A DNA stretch of 63,637 bases, the filler included, from Bacteriovoracaceae bacterium (GTDB lineage: Bacteria; Bdellovibrionota; Bacteriovoracia; Bacteriovoracales; Bacteriovoracaceae): NCBI GenBank assembly GCA_018649885.1. It is 6 parts of 6 records of this genome, joined end to end, with 100 filler letters (N's around TTAATTAATTAA, not from the genome) between each part and the next. Parts side by side here need not be neighbours in the genome. Positions count along the whole stretch, not along the records: positions 1 to 24,189 come from JABIHA010000043.1; positions 24,290 to 37,463 come from JABIHA010000042.1; 4 more parts are not named here. One strand, given 5' to 3'. This document shows, piece after piece, positions 20,027 to 29,000 of this stretch. How positions within the stretch are numbered: the stretch's first letter is position 1; every line of letters begins with the position of its first letter. The notes beneath the pieces are model-generated. The model was not told the origin of the DNA, did no database searches, and saw only the letters and a program-made list of their open reading frames with translations. A program made the translations under genes and the position numbers.

Positions 20027-21221
20027 GAAGATCTCCAAGGGTCTTAGATACTCGATGGGACATAGAGATACACCCTTGAAATAGATACCCTCCAGTAGGC
20101 GCCTGCCAGTCAAGCATTTCACCCACCACATAAACACCAGGAATATTTTTAAGCATCAAATTTTGATCAACTTCATCAAAATCAACTCCACCAGAAGTTG
20201 ATATGGCCTCATCTAATGGCCTTGTTCCTATAAGAGAGATTGGCAGTGATTTGATCCTATTCGCCAGCGTGATCTTATCAAAATACTCTTCTTTGGTAGT
20301 CGCATTTTTCAAAATTTCCAAAGCCGCGACAGAGAGTCCCAACTTTTTTCTCAAGGTAGTGTTGGTTGATTCTTTCGCCTTTGCACTGTTAAGCCTAAGA
20401 ATGGTAGTTTCAAGACTTAGATCTGGTTTTAAATCAATGGTAATCCCCACTTCCACACCATTTCTAAGCTCTTTTTCTAAGAAGTAACTGAGAGCATATA
20501 TGGCCCCACCTTCAAGTCCATAACTTGTCAGTAAAAGCTCTCCCTTTTTTTCATGAGGAGGATACTTAACACAGATATTTTTTAAAAATTTACCATCAAT
20601 ACTGGAAGGATCATTCCAAGCGACTTCAAATCCACAATTCATAGGACGAAATGGATTGGTTTTGACTCCCAGTGAGTTAATTATTTTACTCCACTTCCCA
20701 TCTGAGCCTGTTATACTCCAACTCGCTCCACCTAAGCATAATACTATATTGTCAGCTCTTAGCTTTTTAAGACCATTGTCTGTTTCGAAGCTCAATTCTT
20801 TTTCAATATTTAGTCCCACGAGTCTGTGAGATTTGAATAGTGTGAATCCACTATAATTATTCAGACTAGAGGAGATTTTTGCGAGGATTTCTCCAGCAGT
20901 ACAACCGCTAGGAAACACACGCCCACTGCTACCCACAAATGTCTCGACTCCCAATTCCAAAAGCCACTGCCTTAAATCAGCACTTGAGAATTCAGATATC
21001 AATTCATGAAAAAATTCTTCGTGTTCAAAATATTTCCGGGAAAATTTGTAGGTAGGTTCACTATGAGTTAAGTTGAGTCCGCCTTTTCCGGCAACCAAAA
21101 ACTTTTTTGCTAACCCATTTTGGCATTCATATAAATCAACATCAAGACCCTTTTTCAATAGGAAATGTGAGCAAACTAGCCCTGATAACCCACCTCCAAT
21201 GATACTGATTTTCTTATCCAT
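20019..21221 (-). CDS. HI0933/TIGR03862-family flavoprotein
   Basis: IIGGGLSG, KFLVAGKGGLNLTHSE, ETFVGSSGRVFP, GGASW, EAISTSGGV and GEMLDWQAPTGGYL motifs. Confidence 0.9.
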   Translation of the reverse strand: MDKKISIIGGGLSGLVCSHFLLKKGLDVDLYECQNGLAKKFLVAGKGGLNLTHSEPTYKFSRKYFEHEEFFHELISEFSSADLRQWLLELGVETFVGSSGRVFPSGCTAGEILAKISSSLNNYSGFTLFKSHRLVGLNIEKELSFETDNGLKKLRADNIVLCLGGASWSITGSDGKWSKIINSLGVKTNPFRPMNCGFEVAWNDPSSIDGKFLKNICVKYPPHEKKGELLLTSYGLEGGAIYALSYFLEKELRNGVEVGITIDLKPDLSLETTILRLNSAKAKESTNTTLRKKLGLSVAALEILKNATTKEEYFDKITLANRIKSLPISLIGTRPLDEAISTSGGVDFDEVDQNLMLKNIPGVYVVGEMLDWQAPTGGYLFQGCISMSHRVSKTLGDLLT

Positions 21222-21225
21222 GATT

Positions 21226-23067
21226 TTATCCGAACAATTCTTTTGATATATCAAATCGACCAATAGAGCTCAGACAATTTTTTATGAAATTTTTATTTTC
21301 ACTTTTATACCAAAAGAAGAATTTTCGTTGCTTCTTCTTTTCATCATACGAGATTGCTGTCTTTACTGGGGCCAATGTATAGGGATGATATCCCGAATAA
21401 TAGATGACAGTGGCAACGGTCATGGGTGTAGGAGTAAAATCTTGAACTTGCTCAAGCTTATAGCCCAATTTTTTTGTCTTTGCTGCAAGCTTTGCCATAT
21501 CCTCTGCAGTACTGGAAGGATGGGAAGAGATAAAATAAGGAATAATCTCTTGTTTTATTCCCAGCTTTCTAGAAATACCTTCAAACTGTCTTTTAAATTT
21601 AATAAAGTATTCAAAGCTTGGCTTTCTCATGGCCTTTAATACATGATCTTCAGTGTGCTCGGGAGCGACTTTAAGCCTTCCACTTACGTGGTGAGTGACA
21701 AGCTGTTCAATGTATTCGCGATTTTCTTTAGGATGTTTAGACTTAGGGTTTAACATTAAGTCATAACGAAGCCCTGAACCGACAAATGCCTTTTTGACCC
21801 CCTTCATCTTACTTACTTCACGGTAAATTTGAGTCATTTTTTTAGGATTAGTATCAAGATTTTGACAGATCGCTGGGAAGATACAAGAAGGCGAAGAACA
21901 ACGATCACATATACCTTGGTCAATGCCTTTCATTTGATACATATTTGCAGATGGTCCGCCAAGATCACTAAGATACCCTTTAAAGTCTGGCATATTTGTA
22001 ATGCTCTCAACTTCTTTTAGGATCGATTCTTTCGATCTACTGGCAATAAGCTTTCCTTGATGGGCCGAAATAGTACAAAAGCTACAGCCTCCAAAACATC
22101 CCCGGTGCATATTAACTGAAAACTTAATCATCTCAAAAGCAGATATGGCCCCTCTCTTTTGATACTTTGGGTGAGGAAGCCTAGTAAAAGGCAAATCAAA
22201 AGAGCCATCAATTTCTTTTTCAGTCATGACTTTATAGGGTGGATTAATCACCAAATTAGACTTCCCAACTTTTTGAATAAGCCTTCTAGCGTTTTGTTTG
22301 TTTGATTCAGTTTCAATATATTTGAAGTTTTTTGCAAAACTTTTTTTGTCCCTAAGACATAGTTCATGAGAGCTTAACTCAAAATCACTCCAGTGCTTAT
22401 TTTTAGGGATTGATTCATTTGAATCTTGCAAGAAAGCAGTTTGAGCAATTGTTTTAAGAGAAGAGAAAGGAACACCTTTTTTCAATAATTTTAAGATTTC
22501 CTTTAGTGGCTGCTCACCCATTCCATAAATAAGAAGATCGGCACCTGAGCCTGTTAAAATATCAGGACAAAGCTGATCTTTCCAGTAGTCATAGTGAGTG
22601 ACCCTTCTAAGTGATGCCTCAATTCCTCCGATAACGACAGGTGTATCAGGATAGAGTTCTTTTAAAATTTTAGTGTAAGAGGTAGTAGCATTATCAGGTC
22701 TAAAACCAATTTCTCCACCAGGAGTATAAGCATCATTTGATCTAGTTTTTTTGGCCGCCGTGTACTTGTTGACCATAGAATCCATATTTCCTGAAGTGAC
22801 TCCAAAGAAAAGCTTGGGTTTTCCAAATTTTTTAAAATCTCTTAAATCATCTTGCCAGTTAGGTTGTGCAATAATACCAACCTTTAATCCGGAGGCCTCA
22901 ATAATTCTTCCCACAACGGCAACCCCAAATGCGGGGTGATCAACATAGGCATCCCCTGTGACTAAAATCACATCGAGTTCATCCCAACCACGCTTTTTGG
23001 CATCTTTGGCCGTAATGGGAAGCCAGCATGATATTGGAGGTTTAACGCTATTATCTCTATTTTGCAT
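21226..23067 (-). CDS. ygiQ: YgiQ family (UPF0313) radical SAM protein
   Basis: GDAYVDHP.FG, GNMDSMV, HRGCFGGCSFC (CxxxCxxC), DLGGPSANMY, LKVAPEH and QVQDFTPTP motifs. Confidence 0.93.
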   Translation of the reverse strand: MQNRDNSVKPPISCWLPITAKDAKKRGWDELDVILVTGDAYVDHPAFGVAVVGRIIEASGLKVGIIAQPNWQDDLRDFKKFGKPKLFFGVTSGNMDSMVNKYTAAKKTRSNDAYTPGGEIGFRPDNATTSYTKILKELYPDTPVVIGGIEASLRRVTHYDYWKDQLCPDILTGSGADLLIYGMGEQPLKEILKLLKKGVPFSSLKTIAQTAFLQDSNESIPKNKHWSDFELSSHELCLRDKKSFAKNFKYIETESNKQNARRLIQKVGKSNLVINPPYKVMTEKEIDGSFDLPFTRLPHPKYQKRGAISAFEMIKFSVNMHRGCFGGCSFCTISAHQGKLIASRSKESILKEVESITNMPDFKGYLSDLGGPSANMYQMKGIDQGICDRCSSPSCIFPAICQNLDTNPKKMTQIYREVSKMKGVKKAFVGSGLRYDLMLNPKSKHPKENREYIEQLVTHHVSGRLKVAPEHTEDHVLKAMRKPSFEYFIKFKRQFEGISRKLGIKQEIIPYFISSHPSSTAEDMAKLAAKTKKLGYKLEQVQDFTPTPMTVATVIYYSGYHPYTLAPVKTAISYDEKKKQRKFFFWYKSENKNFIKNCLSSIGRFDISKELFG

Positions 23068-23486
23068 AAGCTCTTATCTACCTAATTAAAATGAACTTAT
23101 CAAACCTCTTAGTAGAGTTTACAAATACTTAAGCCGTGTAGAAACCTTCTATTGATAGCCTCCTATAAATTTCAATTAATTATGATGCCGATTATCTGGT
23201 TTATTGCTCGGGAACATAGCAAACACTGAAACTGCTTTTTGCCCACTGGCCAAACATTTCTTGCTTCTATTCAGATGGGACTTCCAAAACAGAACTAATA
23301 ACCCTATCTTTGTGAGTTCTTTCAAAACACATTTTTAATCAGAAAAGCTGGCAAATATCGATAACTTAGGTACTTAGAAAACATTAGTTTTTAATTAAGA
23401 AGCAAGTAAGAAAAGGAGGGGCAGGTTTACAGTAACAATGCGGCGCACTGCAGCGTCGTCTAAATTAAACACCTACGGAGCTTTCA

Positions 23487-23876
23487 ATGAAAAAATTTTT
23501 TATATTACTAACCTTTGTGCTCATTTTAAATGCACAGGCCACTACGTCGGCACCTAGCAAATCTATACTACAATTAACCTGTGAAAATTTGCCCAAAATA
23601 GAAGAAATTTTTAAAGTTACATGTCCTAAATGCACAGATACAGAAAGAATGACATCAGGAAACTTAAAATACAGAAATAAGGGAACCCTTTCTCTTATGG
23701 GAGTGCCAATAGTTTCTGGTGACAGATCAGTTTCAATTTGCGAAAAGAATGAACCTGTTCATCCCGATTTCCCAGAAGCAAAGGATAAAATTAAAGTCAT
23801 AATTCACTCTGAAACTAATGTTCATGGATATACAAAGTTAAAAAAGATAGTAATAAAGCCTAAGGATGTATACTGA
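23487..23876 (+). CDS. Secreted hypothetical protein
   Basis: GGAG RBS, MKKFF signal peptide, followed by a terminator. Confidence 0.75.
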   Translation: MKKFFILLTFVLILNAQATTSAPSKSILQLTCENLPKIEEIFKVTCPKCTDTERMTSGNLKYRNKGTLSLMGVPIVSGDRSVSICEKNEPVHPDFPEAKDKIKVIIHSETNVHGYTKLKKIVIKPKDVY

Positions 23877-23944
23877 ACTCATCCAAGTTTCGAGGCTTAG
23901 AGGCTCAGTCGAAATAACTAGTCATTGATTAATTAATAACTCAT

Positions 23945-23973
23945 AAAGGCCCACCGTTTAGAAGTGGGCTTTT
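23945..23973 (+). terminator. Probable intrinsic terminator
   Basis: GCCCAC...GTGGGC stem followed by TTTT. Confidence 0.55.
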
Positions 23974-24189
23974 CAATTCTTAAAACTAAATATCTTGTAT
24001 AGAATAACGTGCTTTCATGAGCAAAGTTACTCTAAAAAAAGTAGTGACTTGGACTAAAAGCCGTTCCGGCTTGGAGAATACCCCATAGTCCCAGTCAGTC
24101 AAGATGTTAATAAGTTCCCGTTATCACTCCTTTTTCACCATTCACCATTTCTCCCTGAAAATTTAGTCTTAACCAATTTTGTTCAAGGA

Positions 24190-24289
24190 NNNNNNNNNNN
24201 NNNNNNNNNNNNNNNNNNNNNNNNNNNNNNNNNTTAATTAATTAANNNNNNNNNNNNNNNNNNNNNNNNNNNNNNNNNNNNNNNNNNNN
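24190..24289. other. Artificial contig spacer
   Basis: N44-TTAATTAATTAA-N44 (stops in all six frames). Confidence 0.99.
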
Positions 24290-24407
24290 AACACAATATA
24301 AAGCTGAAAGAGCAATTGTGACTGTCCCTCTACTAGTATTACCCATCCCAAAATCCCAAATTAATGAAATAGGAACGATTGAACTCATAAACAATGCAGA
24401 GAGCGAT
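24290..24407 (+). repeat. 118-bp direct terminal repeat of fragment 2 (left copy)
   Basis: Identical to 37346-37463. Confidence 0.95.
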
Positions 24408-24460
24408 GGTGGCGAGGATTGGATACCAACGATGTTAAATAATTGAATCATAATTATCAT
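24290..24460 (-). CDS. Small hydrophobic protein (possible orphan immunity protein), cut by the contig edge
   Basis: Hydrophobic ORF; the right-end copy continues it in frame to a stop at 37292 (..ALYCV-LIWVKSRSKKNHKVFSS*). Confidence 0.45.
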
Positions 24461-24559
24461 CAGAGAAAGTAGGAAACTATAGAGAAAATATTGAACTTTA
24501 AATTCATTTACTATGTGTTGTACCTAAGTCCCTAGTCTATATTTGTAGCAAGTCTAATG

Positions 24560-25009
24560 TTATTTTTTTTCAATTTCACTAAGCAAAGTATTTTGCTGGG
24601 AATTATTATCCAGTACTATTGAAATTTCTGGTTCATTGAATTCTCTGGCCTGTTCTTTGATTATGTCAGAAGTGATTTCTGCGAAAGTTTTTATTTTGTC
24701 TGGTTGGTCAATTAATAATTTATTACTATTTTTCAAAAATAGAATGATATATTTGGCATCTAGCCAGTCTAGGTCTCCAATGCACTCATGTAGCGCATCC
24801 CAGTTTCTACCAAAATACTCAGGGAACCCAAGTTCAGTTGAAAATGTGCTGAATAGGTTTTGTTCAGTATTGCACTGGAGACAATCGATTTCAAAAAAGG
24901 ATATAGCTTCGACATTTAGTAATGTTTTTTTTAAATCAGCACTTTTTCCTTCGAAGGCACAAATAGTGCTAGGTGATCGAATAAGGTTAATTCTACTAAT
25001 TGTTTCCAT
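24560..25009 (-). CDS. Barstar family immunity protein (orphan)
   Basis: LGFPEYFGRNWDALHECIGDL barstar signature. Confidence 0.88.
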   Translation of the reverse strand: METISRINLIRSPSTICAFEGKSADLKKTLLNVEAISFFEIDCLQCNTEQNLFSTFSTELGFPEYFGRNWDALHECIGDLDWLDAKYIILFLKNSNKLLIDQPDKIKTFAEITSDIIKEQAREFNEPEISIVLDNNSQQNTLLSEIEKK

Positions 25010-25012
25010 ATT

Positions 25013-25048
25013 TTAATCCATAGGTTTAAATGTATTGTAGTGATCAGG
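25013..25048 (-). pseudogene. Remnant C-terminus of a barnase/RNase Sa-like toxin
   Basis: Reads PDHYNTFKPMD* and ends 3 nt before the barstar ATG; DHY.TF is the C-terminal signature of this RNase family. Confidence 0.55.
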
Positions 25049-25092
25049 GAGACCATGGTTTTACGGTACGGATGTCTCTCTCTAAGTTTTGC

Positions 25093-25455
25093 TCATAAAG
25101 TCATTTTAAAACTCTTAGCAAAAATTTTCAGATTGCTATTGCTAGAGTTGGTATTAATATAAAATTCTTTCAAATTAGTGAGATCAACTCCAAGCTTTTC
25201 CCATTCTAGCTTGATCTCTTTTAGTTGATCACTACAATCTATAACTTCTGCTTCTAGAATAGCTTCTGGAGCTATAATGCCCATATAAAGGTCAAGTGAA
25301 GCTTTGTAGCAATCTTCAAAAACGATTATATTCCGTTCATCGTTGGGCCACTTGATTAGAATTTCAATAATATCTTTTGTTCCTGGGGATTCTCTATTAA
25401 TTTTTATTTGTAAAATTTCTGAATCATGCCAATCGTAATCATTAAAACTTTTCAT
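25093..25455 (-). CDS. Putative orphan immunity protein
   Basis: Acidic 120-aa ORF (F..YDWHDS.I motif) inside the RHS downstream array; start at ATG 25455. Confidence 0.65.
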   Translation of the reverse strand: MKSFNDYDWHDSEILQIKINRESPGTKDIIEILIKWPNDERNIIVFEDCYKASLDLYMGIIAPEAILEAEVIDCSDQLKEIKLEWEKLGVDLTNLKEFYINTNSSNSNLKIFAKSFKMTL

Positions 25456-25696
25456 ATTAAAATCCTGGGTTTTTATCAGCTGGCCTTGGGCTATAGTGTG
25501 TACCTTTACCATCTTTATGATAATAGCTATAGTTCGGGCCTTTTTTTCTTTTTTTCTGTTACCACAATTTTTTCCTAAATTGATCTTTGGGACGACCGTC
25601 ATCCCAGATTGGCCTATCCCGTTTACCTTTTTCCCAATGTTTTTATCTTTATATACTCCCCAATGATGCTGAAGTGGTCAACGCATGTTAATTGGA

Positions 25697-26026
25697 TCAA
25701 AATTGTGTTACTTCATGAGGGAAGTCTTCTTTGTATTGCTCTAAAGATAATTTGATTTTCAAAAGAATTTCTCGTCCTTCTGTAATTGAAATAGCATCAT
25801 TAACTCTGTCAAAATGATGAGTAGCTGCATCGAAAAAATGGTCAATAAATGAAATTACTTTTTTTAGAGTGTGATGTTGCTGTATTTCGGTAATTTCAGC
25901 TTGTGTAGCTATTTCATCTAGTAAAATTAAAGGTGCTACATTATCAAAATCTCCCTTATCGAGAGATTCTAAGGATTCGTTAATAATTTTATTAATTAAA
26001 TGGTAGTGTCTTTGGTATTCTTTCAT
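25697..26026 (-). CDS. Putative cognate immunity protein of the RHS toxin
   Basis: Starts 14 nt after the toxin stop with an AAGGAG RBS; 109 aa, acidic, probably helical. Confidence 0.7.
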   Translation of the reverse strand: MKEYQRHYHLINKIINESLESLDKGDFDNVAPLILLDEIATQAEITEIQQHHTLKKVISFIDHFFDAATHHFDRVNDAISITEGREILLKIKLSLEQYKEDFPHEVTQF

Positions 26027-26040
26027 GCTTAGCTCCTTCA

Positions 26041-29000
26041 CTAAAATCTTTTCCACAATCCTTTCCAACCCCAGGAGTCTTTTGTTTGCCATGGTCTATG
26101 TAGTCCAATGCCTCCATTTCCCCTTCTGTGATAGTGAAGAAGTTTCTTTCCTTTGGCAAAATTAGCAAGACCTTTAGCACCCTTGCCAGCTGATGGAAGT
26201 TGTTGATAATCAAGTCTTGGCTTTGAACCATAGCTATTTCCCTTACTAAGAGTCCATCCATTTTTTTTCCCGGTAGCATTTTTCAATGGCTTCATTGATA
26301 ATTTATTTAAACCTAATAAGTTACCTAGAATCTTTCCTAAGCCAATTCCTATAAATGTTTTCGCAGCAACACCCAGCATACGGTCACTACCATCCCAGGG
26401 GTGTTCTCCTGCCATCATGTTCCCAGGTGTCGGCTTAGCACTAGAGTGGTCAATAATTCTATTTCTATCTACCTTGGCAATCCCTGGATCACATCCAGCA
26501 CAGTGCCCACTCGGATCAACAAACCCAAGCGGATCCCCACCCGCATAGCGAGTCGAGTCCCAATTCCCAGGAGTCATAGCAATCTTAGTAGGATTATATT
26601 TCACCAGAGGATCAACTGTCAGCCACTGTTTTGCATAACTCGAATAGATTCTACTTTTTGAGTGATAAAGAGGTTGAGAGCTCTTAGTGAGTAGAGGATT
26701 TTCCAACAACAGTGCAAAACTAAAAGCAACTAGCTGTTCTAGCTTTTCAGCTCCTATCCCAAGAGCACCAACAAGATAGTCCTTACCTTCTGGATAAGAG
26801 ACTTCCTTTTTACCATGTGCAGAAAACTCCCGGTAAAATAAAACCTTCCCTTGCTTTGGATCTACAAGCCCTACAACCGAGCCCAACTCATCTGATAATG
26901 GAATAAAAGGAACAGAGTTAATATAAAGAGCAAGAGGAAGCCCAAGGTGTCGAACAAGCTTAAGATGATGAGACTTAACTAAAATCTCTCCATCACCCAA
27001 GACTACAAAACAGCTCTTACTATCAACAGATAAACTTACACCCTTAGGACAACCTCCCAGAAAACCACCTGAGAGATCAAAGTAGTTGACGATTTTGCTT
27101 CCACTCTTTGTGATTTGAACGGGCAAGTTCCTAGCGTATTTAACCTGCAACCCCTTATGCGATTGAAGGTTTCCAGAAGAATCCCTTTGAACAGTTTTCT
27201 TACTGTAATCCAAATGAAAAGGATGATTGTCATAACTAAAATGATTTTCTAGGTGAGCACCACCCAAAAGAGAATCAGATCTTTTAATCGTTTTTCGGTG
27301 ATGGTCTTTTTCAATTACTCTTTGAAAAATATTCTTCTCACCCCGAAGATACCTAATGCTTAGAATATCTCCAAAAATGGGATCTCTTTCAATCTCCATG
27401 CTATGAGAATTTGCAAAGCTTACCTTTTTAAGAAAAAGATCTTTTTGGTATTCAATATTTGTGACTAAGTTTCCACCAACTAAAAGACCAGCAGAATACT
27501 CATAAGTAAGATCCAGCTTGTGATCACCAAATTGGACTTTCTCCCCATGGACTTGTCCATAATCATCGTATCGAAGCTCTTTACTATAAATACCTGCAGA
27601 GATTAACGAGAGCCTCTCAAGTGTGTCATAGCTGTAGAAAATTCCAAATTCATCTCCACTGAAGTAATCAGTCATACTTACTGAGCTCAAGAGATCTTTG
27701 TCATACTCAAACTTAAAATCAAGACCTGTATTTGAAGTGGACTTGGGTCTTAAATATTGATCAAAAATGGCGACTTCACCATGAGGATAAACTTTTCTTA
27801 CTGAGTTTGACTGAATAGATGTTTTGAAAAACTCTTCATTATAGATTCCAAGCTTAGGATCATCACTTTTTGTGAATGAGAGCATATTGTTTTTGTCATA
27901 GGCGTATTCAATGTCTCCAACCTTGGTGATCTCTCCCAAGTAATTTGACTCAATAACAACTCTTTCGTCTCCAAGCTGTGAGTACAGTGGAGTTCCAAGT
28001 GTATTTTTACAAACCTTTTCAAAGGCCTTGTCATTAAATGAATCAAAAGGACGTGAGTACCGGCAAAGACCGGTGTAGATATGTTTATTCAGGGGCAGCT
28101 TTTCTGAAGGTTTATCCATTGCTCTTTTATAAGAGTAAGTAGGCCTTCCTGAGTGATCATACAGATAGGTAGCTTCGATATCATTTTGTTTAGCCTCTTC
28201 AAACTTTGCAGAGACCGTAGTGAGAAGATCTTTTTTAGAGTTAAACTCTGATTTTGCAGAAAAATACTTCTTCCCAGAAATGTCAAAAATTTCTTGGACT
28301 GCATGACCAAAACTGTTGAGCTCAATTTGTTTGTCTACCCCGTATTCGTGTACAAAAAGGCTTTTCTCCAAACAAATACCCATTTCACTCTCACTGCACT
28401 TTATTTGGGAAGGGGGTGTGACTTTCATCCCTAAGGATTTCTTGTCGGCCGAAAAACTAACTGATTCAAGAAGAATTCCATCCACAGTGTAGGCATTTTG
28501 AGTTGTGATTCCAGAGTCACTTATCTGCCTTGTATGGCCTTGGTCCAAGTTGTCATATTCAAAACTCAATATTTTCCCAAGGCCCTCACTTTGAGAGGGA
28601 AGTGTTGTACTCCCAAGGTAGTGAAAGCTACTAAGCCCTCCTGGAAGTTTCTGTACCAGGCTTGTTCTTCCTCTTGAGTCATAGATATACTCTGTTTGGA
28701 TATCACCCTTAGAAATATTCAACAAATTTTTGAGATCCTCACTATATCTATAATAAGTAGGGGCCTCAATCACTTTAGCATTTGATGAGACACTGTGAAT
28801 ACTTTGTCTCTTTTTCAAATGAAGAGCAGGGTTAAATAAATCAACATAAGAAGAGCTCTTAAATAAGAGATAGGTGTTTTCATCATACACATTTTCGGGA
28901 ATATTTCCATTTCCTTGCTCAAGAAAAACACTCCTAGACTTAAGTGGAATAAAATTCGCAGACCAATTTTCATATTCAAATTTTTGATCCGTAACATGAA

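Noticed and set aside
24040..24189. Imperfect inverted repeat (GACTTGGACTA..TAGTCCCAGTC) at the contig end, possibly an IS or ncRNA end
   Set aside because: Short, imperfect and truncated by the gap; no family could be assigned.
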